The notes beneath the pieces were generated by a model, which was not told the origin of the DNA, ran no database searches, and saw only the letters and a list, made by a program, of their open reading frames with translations. This document shows, piece after piece, positions 29,449-39,084 of a stretch of DNA of 64,000 nt; positions within the stretch are counted from its first letter, which is position 1, and each line of letters opens with the position of its first letter. Source of the DNA: Desulfurivibrionaceae bacterium (GTDB taxonomy: Bacteria; Desulfobacterota; Desulfobulbia; Desulfobulbales; Desulfurivibrionaceae); the NCBI GenBank assembly GCA_041671085.1, contig JBAZCG010000003.1, positions 7,641 through 71,640 on the forward strand, given 5' to 3'. A program made the translations under genes and the position numbers.

Positions 29449-31644
29449 TTACACCGGCTTTACCATGATGCCGCCAAGGGGCGGAACCGAGACCAGAATA
29501 TGGAACGGGGCCTCACCCAAAGGCTCGGCAATGGCCTGCTTGCGATCCGGGTTGTACACATTGCTGCCGCCGAACTCAGCGGTGTCCGTGGAGAGGATTT
29601 CCTGGTACCAGCCCGCGGTCGGTACCCCGAGTTTATAGTCGTGCAGAACCTGGGGAGTGAAGTTGAGCAGGCAGACCACATGGTCTTTGGCCTTTTTGCC
29701 TTGGCGGCAGAAGGCGATGATGCTGTTGTCCACATCCTTGAAATCCATCCACCTGAAGCCGTCGTAGGAAAAATCAATCTCCCAGAGGGGGCGGGTATCC
29801 TTGTAGACCGCGTTCAGCTGCTGGACGAATTTTTGCAGCTGCTGGTGCATGGTGTTCTGTTCGGTCAGATGCCAGTCCAGGCTCACCTTGCAGTACCACT
29901 CGGATATCTGGCCGAATTCGCCGCCCATGAACAGGAGCTTCTTGCCCGGATGGGTCCAGAGAAAGAAGAAGAGCAACCGCAGGTTGGCGAATTTCTGCCA
30001 CATATCCCCAGGCATCTTGAAGAGCAGGGAGCGCTTGCCGTGCACCACCTCGTCGTGGGACATGGGCAGGATGAAGTTTTCGGTAAAGGCGTAGAGCAGG
30101 GAGAAGGTCAGCGCGTTGTGGTGGTATTTGCGAAAGATCGGCTCCTTGCTGAAATAACCCAGGATATCGTTCATCCAGCCCATGTTCCACTTGTAGCCAA
30201 AGCCCAGGCCTCCCCAGTCCAGGGGCTTGGAAACCCCGTAGAAGCTGGTCGATTCCTCGGCGATCATCAGGGTGTCGGGATAGCGGCTGTAGATGATGGC
30301 GTTCATGTGCTTGATGAACTCGATGGCGTCGATATTTTCCTTGCCGCCGTAGATGTTGGGCACCCAGTCTCCGTCATTGCGGGCATAGTCCAGGTAGAGC
30401 ATGGAGGCCACGGCATCGACCCGCAACCCGTCGATGTGGAACTTATCCATCCAGAAGAGGGCGTTGGCGATGAGGAAGTTCTGCACCTCCTTGCGGCCGT
30501 AGTTGAAAATCAGGGTGCCCCATTCGGGATGTGCGCCCTGCCTCGGGTCTTCGTGCTCGTAAAGCGCGGTGCCGTCAAAGCGGCTTAAGGCATGGCCGTC
30601 GGAAGGAAAGTGCGAGGGCACCCAGTCGAGGATTACGCCGATCCCGTTTTGATGACACTGGTCCACGAAATACATGAAATCCTGGGGCGTGCCGTGGCGG
30701 CTGGTCACGGCAAAGTAGCCGGTGACCTGATATCCCCAGGATTCGTCCAATGGATGCTCCATGATGGGCATCAGCTCGATATGGGTGAAGCCCATCTCTT
30801 TGACGTACGGGATCAGGGAACCGGCCAGCTCCTGGTAGGAGAGCAATCGTGCGGGGTCTGCCGGGTCGCGCCGCCAGGAGGCCAGATGGACCTCGTAGGT
30901 GGACATGGGTTGCTCGTAGCTTCTCCTGCTTTTCCGCTCCTTAATCCAGGCCGCGTCGTTCCAGGCGTAGCCGTTAAGCCCCCAGACAATCGAGGCGGTT
31001 TTGGGTCGGATCTCGGCGAAGAACTGGAAGGGGTCAGCCTTTTCGAGAAGCGCATCCTGCTGGGTTTTTATTTCGAACTTGTACGGTTCTCCCTGGCCGA
31101 TGTCCGGAATAAACAGCTCCCAGACGCCGGAATGGCCTAGAACCCGCATCTGATGCACCCTGCCGTCCCAGTAATTGAAGTTGCCCAGGATGCTGACCCT
31201 TTTGGCGCTTGGGGCCCAGACGCGGAAGATTGTCCCGCTGACGCCGTCAATCGTTACAAGCTGCGCACCCAGGATGTTGTAAATTTCGTAGTTCGTGCCG
31301 TTGTTGAAGAGGTAGCGGTCGTACTCGGACATTTGGGGCAGGAAACGGTAAGGATCTTTGAAAATATACCGGTTTTCATCGTAAAAGGACGCCTCATATT
31401 CATAGGGGAAAGGCTCGGTGCACTCGGTAATGACAATCTCGAAAAAGCCTTCCGGTCTTGTTTTGTACATCTCCTTTCTTTCCCCGTTGGTGATCAGCCA
31501 GCAGGCGTTGGCGTTGGGTTGAAAGGTTCTGATAACCGAGGAAGTGGCATCGTGGTCCAGAACGTGGAAGCCGAGAACCTGAAAGGGGTCATGGTGTTCG
31601 GAGGCAATAATCCGGTTAATTTCGGAAGTTATATCAGAGGTCAT
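29449..31644 (-). CDS. glgB: 1,4-alpha-glucan branching enzyme
   Basis: FRVWAP, YEVHL, SWGYQ, DWVPSHFP, DGLRVDAVASM, AEEST and SHDEVVHGK. Confidence 0.97.
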   Translation of the reverse strand: MTSDITSEINRIIASEHHDPFQVLGFHVLDHDATSSVIRTFQPNANACWLITNGERKEMYKTRPEGFFEIVITECTEPFPYEYEASFYDENRYIFKDPYRFLPQMSEYDRYLFNNGTNYEIYNILGAQLVTIDGVSGTIFRVWAPSAKRVSILGNFNYWDGRVHQMRVLGHSGVWELFIPDIGQGEPYKFEIKTQQDALLEKADPFQFFAEIRPKTASIVWGLNGYAWNDAAWIKERKSRRSYEQPMSTYEVHLASWRRDPADPARLLSYQELAGSLIPYVKEMGFTHIELMPIMEHPLDESWGYQVTGYFAVTSRHGTPQDFMYFVDQCHQNGIGVILDWVPSHFPSDGHALSRFDGTALYEHEDPRQGAHPEWGTLIFNYGRKEVQNFLIANALFWMDKFHIDGLRVDAVASMLYLDYARNDGDWVPNIYGGKENIDAIEFIKHMNAIIYSRYPDTLMIAEESTSFYGVSKPLDWGGLGFGYKWNMGWMNDILGYFSKEPIFRKYHHNALTFSLLYAFTENFILPMSHDEVVHGKRSLLFKMPGDMWQKFANLRLLFFFLWTHPGKKLLFMGGEFGQISEWYCKVSLDWHLTEQNTMHQQLQKFVQQLNAVYKDTRPLWEIDFSYDGFRWMDFKDVDNSIIAFCRQGKKAKDHVVCLLNFTPQVLHDYKLGVPTAGWYQEILSTDTAEFGGSNVYNPDRKQAIAEPLGEAPFHILVSVPPLGGIMVKPV

Positions 31645-31885
31645 AAGTGGTTTCTATTTAGTATGGGTTATTGAGGTCTTTGCAAGTTGCTGCAAGAGTA
31701 GATAGGCAATTCTAGCACGGATCAAAGAGGAAACTCCAACTCTTTTCCGGGGAGGGGATAAATTTGTTGGATGTGTAGGATTTCTTGACTGAGAGCCTTG
31801 GCAGATGCTAAGTTGCAGGCGGATTTAAATCGGTCGCTTGTGGCGATCAACGGCACAGAACCCGGACATGGGGCATCCCTCCCTG

Positions 31886-32440
31886 ATGATCGAAACCCTG
31901 CAAGGCTATTTTCTCATTGCCACCCCCCAGATGCCGGACCCCCGTTTTGCCGGGAAGGTTGTCTATCTCTGCGCCCACAACGACGAGGGGGCCATGGGTC
32001 TGGTGGTGAACGAACCCATTGTCGATATCAGCCTGGCGGATGTTTTCAAAAGCGCCGATATTCCGCTGCCGCCGGGGCTGTTGCCGACGGTGTATATGGG
32101 TGGCCCGGTGGAGGTGGCAAACGCCTTTTTTCTGTACAGCTCCGAGTACAGGGCGCCGCATTTCCTTGAGGTGAGCAAGAGTGTCCATTTGACGAGCGAT
32201 CCGCAGTTGCTCTATGATCTCGCCGCGGGCCAGGGTCCGAAAAATCTCCTGGTGGCCTTGGGCTATTCCGGTTGGGGACCGGGACAGCTGGAAGCAGAGC
32301 TCACCGTGGACGGCTGGCTCACCCTGCCTGCGGATGACGACATCATCTTCCATACCCCGGACAGGTTGCGCTGGCAGAAGGCGGCGCAACGGCACGGGAT
32401 TGATATCGCCCTGTTCGGGGATGTGGTGGGTACGGCCTGA
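31886..32440 (+). CDS. YqgE/AlgH family protein
   Basis: LIATPQMPDPRF, GAMGLVVN, GGPV and LGYSGWGPGQLE. Start position is uncertain. Confidence 0.9.
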   Translation: MIETLQGYFLIATPQMPDPRFAGKVVYLCAHNDEGAMGLVVNEPIVDISLADVFKSADIPLPPGLLPTVYMGGPVEVANAFFLYSSEYRAPHFLEVSKSVHLTSDPQLLYDLAAGQGPKNLLVALGYSGWGPGQLEAELTVDGWLTLPADDDIIFHTPDRLRWQKAAQRHGIDIALFGDVVGTA

Positions 32441-32496
32441 GTGGCCGGTGGGATGAAAAATACGGGTTGGTCCCGTGATTGTATACAGGAAAAACA

Positions 32497-33366
32497 ATGA
32501 CGCACATCTCGCAGTTTCTTGGGGAAGAGGCCGATCTTGGCCCGGAAAAACGCATCACTATTCTCTCGGCCCCGCTGGCCTCCTCGGTGAGTTGGCTGGG
32601 CGGCACGGAGCTTGGGCCGCAGGCGATTATCGATGCTTCCCCGGCCCTGGAGGTGTTTGATGACGAGCTTCTGGCTGAAACCGTGCGACTCGGCATCGCC
32701 ACCAGGCCGGTGCCGGATTTCACGGCAATAACCGCAGGAGAGGCCTGTCGACAGATAGAGGCAACCGTGGCCGCGGAGCTGGCCGGGGGCATGTTCCCGG
32801 TGCTGCTCGGGGGCGAGCACACCGTAACCGTGCCTGCGGTACAGGCATGTCTGGCGCAATACCCGGATCTGCATGTGGTGCAGATCGACGCCCACCTTGA
32901 CCTACGTGATCAATATGAAGACAACCCCAACAGCCATGCTTGCGTGATGCGGCGGCTTGCCGACTTGGGGGTTCCCTTTACCCAGATCGGCATCCGCTCC
33001 TTTTCTAAGGAAGAATACGAACTTGTCCAGGCCAAGGGGTGGCACCCATTCTTTATGCACCGGATTCATGCCGAACCGGATTGGATCGCCCAGGTCTGCG
33101 CCGGGATCAAGGGGCCGGTCTATCTTACCTGTGATGTAGATGGGCTGGATCCAACGATCGTGCCGGCCACCGGCACTCCGGAGCCGGACGGTTTGACCTG
33201 GCGGCAGACCATCGACCTGTTGCGGGAGCTTGCCGCTAAGCACCGCATCGTGGGCATGGATTTTGTCGAATTTTCTCCGCGTCTTGGCGCGGAACATGCG
33301 GCCTTTACCGTGGCTAAACTGATCTATCGGACCCTGGGGTATGTCTTTCAATCGAAGGCACCATGA
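32497..33366 (+). CDS. speB: Agmatinase (ureohydrolase family)
   Basis: GGEHT, DAHLDLR, SHAC, GIRS and DVDGLDP..PATGTPEPDGL. Confidence 0.9.
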   Translation: MTHISQFLGEEADLGPEKRITILSAPLASSVSWLGGTELGPQAIIDASPALEVFDDELLAETVRLGIATRPVPDFTAITAGEACRQIEATVAAELAGGMFPVLLGGEHTVTVPAVQACLAQYPDLHVVQIDAHLDLRDQYEDNPNSHACVMRRLADLGVPFTQIGIRSFSKEEYELVQAKGWHPFFMHRIHAEPDWIAQVCAGIKGPVYLTCDVDGLDPTIVPATGTPEPDGLTWRQTIDLLRELAAKHRIVGMDFVEFSPRLGAEHAAFTVAKLIYRTLGYVFQSKAP

Positions 33367-33497
33367 GCGAAAACCAGAATCCAGAACAGAAAGCCCGTGA
33401 CGCCATTGATGCGCTGTTGACCCAAGCGGGCTGGTCGGTCCAGCACAGTAAAAAAATCGATCTGGCCGACGGGGCTGGTCAGGCGGTGCGGGAATAA
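33363..33497 (+). pseudogene. hsdR: N-terminal remnant of a type I restriction subunit HsdR
   Basis: MSENQNPEQKARDAIDALLTQAGWSVQ..GQAVRE* resembles the EQxAR..ID..L..AGW start of HsdR. It stops after 44 aa. Confidence 0.65.
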
Positions 33498-33983
33498 TTC
33501 AATCTGGATTTTCTCTGTATTCATCCTTCCCGTGATGGCAACGGGCGCGTGTCGCGGCTGACCCTGCTGCTTCAGTGCTACCAGCTGGGGTACGAGGTGT
33601 GACGCTACATCAGCCTTGAGCGCTTGATCGAAGAAAATAAGGATCGCTATTACGAGACGCTGGAGCTGAGTTCGCAGGGATGGCATGAAGGTCGGCATGA
33701 TCCTTGGCCTTACATCGACTATGTGCTGTTCATCCTGAAGCTGGCCTATCGTGAGTTTGCCGAGCGGGTGGGCGAAATGAAAGCGCCGCGCGGCTCGAAA
33801 ACCGATTTGGTGTTAGCGGCCATCAACCGATTTGCGGATGAATTTACCGTATCGCAGTTAGAGCAGGCTTGTCCCGGTGTGAGTCGAGATATGATCCGGC
33901 GTGTGTTGAGAGAGCGGAAAAGAGCAAACGTTGTCGAGTGTCAAGGCCGTGGGCCTGCGGCTCGGTGGAAAAAGAAGGGGTAA
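33498..33983 (+). pseudogene. Fic-domain protein remnant (5' end deleted, internal stop)
   Basis: FNLDFLCIHPSRDGNGRVSR (Fic motif with F>S), TGA at 33600, then RYISLERLIEENKDRYY.. and a C-terminal HTH-like segment. Confidence 0.8.
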
Positions 33984-34022
33984 TTACTCTTTGGTAAGGG
34001 TAATAAAGAGGGTAATAACGTA

Positions 34023-35499
34023 ATGAACACAACCGCTCCATCATCTCCAAGGTCTGGAGTTTCTGCACCACGTTGCGCGACGACGGGGTAAGTTACGGCG
34101 ATTATCTGGAGCAGCTCACCTATCTGATTTTTCTCAAGATGGCGGACGAATACAGGCAGCCGCCTACAGCCGCAAGGTGGGCATCCCCACCGAGTACAAC
34201 TGGCAGAGCCTCAAGCCCATGCGCGGCGCGGAGTTGGAGGTGCATTATGTGACGCTGCTCCGCGAGCTGGGCAACAAGCCGGGGATGTTGGGGCAGATCT
34301 TCACCAAGGCCCAGAACAAGATCCAAGATCCGGCCAAGCTCTACCGCCTGATCGACATGGTGAACGAAACCCAGTGGGTGACCATGGGCGCGGATGTGAA
34401 GGGCGACATCTACGAGGGGTTGCTGGAAAAAAATGCCGAGGACACCAAATCCGGGGCAGGGCAGTACTTCACGCCGCGCGCCCTGATTAAGGCCATGGTG
34501 GAGTGCGTGCGGCCGGAGCCGGGCAAGACCATCGCCGACCCGGCCTGCGGCACGGGCGGCTTCTTTTTGGCGGCCTATGATTTTTTGGTGGCTGCGCACC
34601 GGCTGGACAAGGCGCAGAAGGCCTTTCTCAAGCATGAGACTTTTTTTGGCAACGAGATTGTCGCGGGCACCCGCCGCCTGGCCTTGATGAACATGTTTCT
34701 GCACAACATCGGTGAGATCGACGGGGAAAGCATGGTGTCGTCCAACGATGCGTTGGTGGCCGACAGCGGCCAGCGTTTCGATTATGTCCTGGCCAATCCG
34801 CCTTTTGGCAAGAAAAGTTCGATGAGCTTCACCAACGAGGAAGGCGAGCAGGAAAAGGATGACCTGACGTACAACCGTCAGGATTTTTGGGCGACCACCT
34901 CCAACAAGCAGCTCAACTTCGTGCAGCACATTCGCACCATGCTGAAAACCACGGGGTGCGCGGCGGTGGTGGTGCCGGACAACGTCCTGTTCGAGGGCGG
35001 CGCGGGGGAGACGGTGCGCAAAAAGTTGCTGGAAACCACCGAGCTGCACACCATTTTACGCTTGCCCACCGGCATCTTCTACGCCAACGGGGTGAAGGCC
35101 AATGTCCTGTTCTTCGACAACCGCGCCGCCTCCAAAGAGCCGTGGACCAAGGAGGTCTTGTACTACGACTATCGCACCAATATCCATCACACCCTGAAAA
35201 AGAAGCCGCTGCGTTTTACGGATATGCAGGAGTTCATCGTCTGCTACAATCCGGAAAACCGCCATGCACGCAAGGAACTGTGGAGCGAACAGGACAACCC
35301 GGAAGGGCGCTGGCGCAAATTCGGCTACGAGCAGATCATCGCCCGCGATAAAACCAGCCTGGATATCTTCTGGCTCAAGGACAAAAGCCTGGCCGATCTG
35401 GACAACCTGCCCGAGCCGGATGTGTTGGCCGGGGAGATCATCGACAATCTTGAAGCGGGGCTGAACAGCTTTCGGGAAATTGCGGCGGCTTTGGCGTAA
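34023..35499 (+). pseudogene. hsdM: Type I R-M methyltransferase HsdM with two 5' frameshifts
   Basis: GQYFTPR, DPACGTGGF and ANPPF. The upstream SIISKVWSFCTTLRDDGVSYGDYLEQLTYLIFLKMADEY is in another frame; single-base losses fall near 34036 and 34164. Confidence 0.85.
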
Positions 35500-35660
35500 T
35501 TGGTGTATATTTTTGCGGCGAAATGCGTGGGGATGAAAGGATATTCCCTTGCAACGTCAGATCGATAATCCTGATTTACTGGCGCATATCCAGAGACTGG
35601 GCTGGTTTTTTTTATGAGAAAAAACGAGATGCCGTTTGAGTGGCATAGGAAGTGACAAAA

Positions 35661-36080
35661 ATGAACGAATTATATGATGATATCTACAATGAGCAGCGGA
35701 TATTTGACTGTCGGCAATGCGGCCATTGCTGCCATGGAGAAACCACGGTCTCTTTGACGCCGGACGACCTTGCGCGCTTGGTTGCCTATCTTCATCTGCC
35801 GGTTGAGCAGGTGAAGGAGCGGTATCTGCGAATCACCGACGGGGTGGTGCAGATGAAGACCGTGGACGGCCACTGCATTTTTTTCAACGAAGGCTGTACG
35901 GTGCATCCCGGCAAGCCGTGGCGTTGCACGCAATGGCCCCTGCATCCGAGCATCCTGGAAGATCAGGCCAATTTCGAGGCCATCAGGCAATCTTGTCCAG
36001 GCATCAAGGGGGAGATGGGCTACGAGGAATTTCGGGCCAGGCTTGCGGCGATTCTTGAGCGGAAACAGGCAGGGCGGTGA
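35661..36080 (+). CDS. YkgJ family cysteine-cluster protein
   Basis: FDCRQCGHCC, CIFF..CTVHPGKPWRCTQWP and CPG. Confidence 0.85.
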   Translation: MNELYDDIYNEQRIFDCRQCGHCCHGETTVSLTPDDLARLVAYLHLPVEQVKERYLRITDGVVQMKTVDGHCIFFNEGCTVHPGKPWRCTQWPLHPSILEDQANFEAIRQSCPGIKGEMGYEEFRARLAAILERKQAGR

Positions 36081-36556
36081 AGATCATCCTCCCGTTCCTG
36101 GGTAAAACCAAGGAACAGTACCTTGCCGCCGGAATCGATGATTATGCCGGGCGGCTCAGGCGTTATGCCCAGCTTGACCTGCCGGTGCTCAAAGAAAAGA
36201 AGAACGCCACCAAAGAAGATACGGCGCGGCAGCAAAGCGAGGAGGCGCAGATACTTCTTGGCAGTCTGCCGCAATTGGGCGGGGCAACCAAGGTGGTAGC
36301 CCTTGCTCCGGCAGGCCAGCAGCTCAGCTCCGAGGATCTGGCTGATCTGTTATGTCGCTGGGAGGATCAGGGGGTGCGGGAGATTGCCTTTTTGATCGGC
36401 GGCCCCACCGGGCTTGCTCCGGAGCTGGTCCAGAAGGCGGATTATGTGCTGTCGCTCTCGCGGATGACCTTTACCCACGAGATGGCCCGTCTGCTGGTGC
36501 TTGAACAGCTGTACCGGGCGTTTTCCATCAAGGCCGGAACCGGGTATCATAAGTAG
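36077..36556 (+). CDS. rlmH: 23S rRNA (pseudouridine1915-N3)-methyltransferase
   Basis: FLIGGPTG, LSLSRMTFTHEMARL..EQLYRA..YHK. Confidence 0.95.
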   Translation: MKIILPFLGKTKEQYLAAGIDDYAGRLRRYAQLDLPVLKEKKNATKEDTARQQSEEAQILLGSLPQLGGATKVVALAPAGQQLSSEDLADLLCRWEDQGVREIAFLIGGPTGLAPELVQKADYVLSLSRMTFTHEMARLLVLEQLYRAFSIKAGTGYHK

Positions 36557-36569
36557 CAGCCGGTTTCGG

Positions 36570-36791
36570 TTACACCGATTCCACGGAACGGATCTCGGGG
36601 ACCTCACCTTTTAAAAATTTTTCAATCCCGTTTTTGAGCGTGTTCCTGGACATGGGGCATTCCTTGCAGGCGCCGGTCAGTTGGACCGTGACCACCCCGT
36701 CCTTGCTCACATCAACCAGGGCCACATCGCCTCCGTCTGCCTGTAATGTAGGGCGAATCTTTGCCAGGGCCGCCAGAATCCTGTCTCGCAT
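36570..36791 (-). CDS. NifU C-terminal (NFU) domain protein
   Basis: IRPTLQADGGDV, LTGACKECPMS and TLKNGIE. Confidence 0.92.
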   Translation of the reverse strand: MRDRILAALAKIRPTLQADGGDVALVDVSKDGVVTVQLTGACKECPMSRNTLKNGIEKFLKGEVPEIRSVESV

Positions 36792-36865
36792 TGTTACTCC
36801 TCAAGCTGGGTTGTCAGGGTAAAAACGTGAAACAATCTAACACAGCTCTTTCCCGCCGACAACCT

Positions 36866-36976
36866 TGTAAGCGATCACATGGCGGTGCAGATGCGCGAAA
36901 GAGGCCTGTCCGCCATACACCAGGTATACGGACAGGCCGATGACAAAGCAGATGCGCCGCCATGTGATCGCTTACA
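36866..36976. repeat. Intergenic inverted-repeat element, copy B
   Basis: 24-nt arms TGTAAGCGATCACATGGCGGTGCA / TGCGCCGCCATGTGATCGCTTACA, with an inner hairpin GGCCTGTCCG...CGGACAGGCC. Confidence 0.8.
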
Positions 36977-37075
36977 GAACTAACCGGTTGCTAGATTGTC
37001 CGTTGTTGTAGTATGATAGCGCTCCCATTTTGTTCATGGCGAACAATGGGGAAGCTATCCCAACAAGGAGTCATA

Positions 37076-37462
37076 ATGAAAAAGGTCCATAAGGATTTTC
37101 AGGATGTGTCGAGTTTGGAGCTGGCGCGGTTTGCCGCCCTGGCCGCCCTGGATAAAAAAGCGGAGGACCTGGTCGTTCTTGATGTGCGGGGCCTGTCTTC
37201 ATTCACCGATTTTTTCGTCATCATGAGCGGACGTTCCACCAGGCATGTGCAGGGTTTGGCCCAGGCGGTGGATGCGGCCTTGCGGCATAAAAACGTCAAA
37301 GACGGCAATACCGAGGGCCTCAACGAGGGGCATTGGGTTTTGCTCGACTATAACGATGTGATTGTGCATATCTTCTACAACGAAGACCGCAGCTTCTACG
37401 ACATCGAAGGTCTGTGGCACGATGCCCCCAGAGTGGAGATGGAGCCGGAAGCAGCATCCTGA
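37076..37462 (+). CDS. rsfS: Ribosome silencing factor (Iojap)
   Basis: LDKKAED, TDFFVIMSG, WVLLDY.DVIVHIF and FYDIEGLW. Confidence 0.95.
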   Translation: MKKVHKDFQDVSSLELARFAALAALDKKAEDLVVLDVRGLSSFTDFFVIMSGRSTRHVQGLAQAVDAALRHKNVKDGNTEGLNEGHWVLLDYNDVIVHIFYNEDRSFYDIEGLWHDAPRVEMEPEAAS

Positions 37463-37487
37463 ACAGGCGTTAGGCTCTGGAGAAACG

Positions 37488-39050
37488 ATGAAGGAGATCA
37501 CACCGGTATTACTGGCCATCCTCGATGGCTGGGGGATTGGGGAGCCGTGGGAGGGCAATGCGATCCATCTTGCCCGTACGCCCAACATGGACCGTTGGCA
37601 GGCCAATCAGCCCGCCACGACCCTGGTTGCCCACAATGGCGCGGTGGGGCTGCCGGAAGGGCAGATGGGCAATTCCGAGGTGGGGCATCTCAATATCGGC
37701 GCCGGCCGCATTGTCTACCAGGATTTCACCCGAATCAACCGGGATATCGAAACCGGAGATTTCTTCAAAAATGAACCGTTGGCCGGGGTTTTCGGCCGTG
37801 CCGTAAAGCAGGGCACAGCAGTGCATCTGTTGGGCCTTGTTTCCGACGGCGGGGTACACAGCCATATCCGTCATCTCATCGCCCTGCTGGAAATGGCTAA
37901 AAAAATCGGTCTTGCCAAGGTGTATGTCCACGCCTTCATGGACGGCCGCGACACCCCGCCCCAGAGCGGGGCAGGTTACATGGCCGAGCTTGCCGAGGCC
38001 ATTAAACGTATTGGCGTGGGCCAGATCGCCTCGGTTTGCGGCCGTTATTATGCCATGGACCGCGACAACCGGTGGGATCGGGTTTCCCTGGCCTGGCAGG
38101 CCATGGTGGATGGCCAGGGCCAGTATGCTGCCACCGACGCTGGCGAGGCAATGACTGCGGCCTATGGGCGCGGCGAGAACGATGAGTTTGTCAAATCCAC
38201 GGTTATCATGCACAACGGGCAGCCGGTGGGTACCATCAACGATGGGGACTCGGTTATTTTCTTCAATTTCCGGGCCGACCGCTCCCGGCAGATGACCCAT
38301 GCCTTTATCGACCGGGAATTTGCCGGTTTCCCCATCACGCACCGTCCCCAACTGGCTGATTATCTCACCTTCACCGTGTATGAAAAAGATTTTGACCTGG
38401 CTGTGGCTTTTCCGCCGGTACCTCTCACCCATATCCTGGGGGAAGAGGTGAGCGGCCAGGGTTTAAGGCAGCTCCGCATCGCCGAGACGGAGAAATACGC
38501 CCATGTTACCTACTTTTTTAATGGCGGCCGCGAAGCCCCATATCCTTTGGAAGACAGGGCCTTGCTCCCATCCCCCCGCGAGGTGGCCACCTACGACCTG
38601 AAACCGGAGATGAGCGCGGATGCGGTGACCGAGGAGCTGCTGCGCCGCCTTGCGGATAACCCCTACAGTCTGGTGGTGCTCAACTTCGCCAACTGCGACA
38701 TGGTGGGCCATACCGGGATTATGGCCGCAGCCATCACTGCAGTGGAGACCGTGGACCGGTGTATCGGTCGGGTGGTGGAGCGTTTCACCGAACTCGGCGG
38801 GGTGGTGCTCATCACTGCGGACCACGGCAATGCCGAGGTTATGATCAACAAAATAACCGGCGGCCCGGTGACGGCGCACTCCACCAATCCGGTGCCCCTG
38901 GTCATGTTGGGAGCCAAGCCCGGCTTTGGCCTTAAGGACGGCGGCACCCTGACCAACCTCGCCCCCACCATTCTTGAGCTGATGGGTCTGCCCATCCCGG
39001 CTGAGATGGAAAGCACCAGCTTGCTGGTACGGAACAAGGCTGTAAGCTGA
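37488..39050 (+). CDS. gpmI: 2,3-bisphosphoglycerate-independent phosphoglycerate mutase
   Basis: ILDGWG, QMGNSEVGH, DGRD, GRYYAMDRD, AETEKYAHVT, DMVGHTG and TADHGN. Confidence 0.97.
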   Translation: MKEITPVLLAILDGWGIGEPWEGNAIHLARTPNMDRWQANQPATTLVAHNGAVGLPEGQMGNSEVGHLNIGAGRIVYQDFTRINRDIETGDFFKNEPLAGVFGRAVKQGTAVHLLGLVSDGGVHSHIRHLIALLEMAKKIGLAKVYVHAFMDGRDTPPQSGAGYMAELAEAIKRIGVGQIASVCGRYYAMDRDNRWDRVSLAWQAMVDGQGQYAATDAGEAMTAAYGRGENDEFVKSTVIMHNGQPVGTINDGDSVIFFNFRADRSRQMTHAFIDREFAGFPITHRPQLADYLTFTVYEKDFDLAVAFPPVPLTHILGEEVSGQGLRQLRIAETEKYAHVTYFFNGGREAPYPLEDRALLPSPREVATYDLKPEMSADAVTEELLRRLADNPYSLVVLNFANCDMVGHTGIMAAAITAVETVDRCIGRVVERFTELGGVVLITADHGNAEVMINKITGGPVTAHSTNPVPLVMLGAKPGFGLKDGGTLTNLAPTILELMGLPIPAEMESTSLLVRNKAVS

Positions 39051-39084
39051 TAGCCGATAGTTAATAACCAAGGAACAATCTCTC

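Noticed and set aside
33600..33602. In-frame TGA in the Fic remnant as a possible selenocysteine codon
   Set aside because: The context (GYEV*RYIS) suggests a Gly position rather than Cys. The gene is also 5'-truncated with a mutated motif, so a nonsense mutation is more likely.
33977..34025. Short GGGTAAT repeats (3 copies) between fic and hsdM as a CRISPR or iteron array
   Set aside because: Only 7-11 bp long, irregularly spaced, with no spacers or cas genes.
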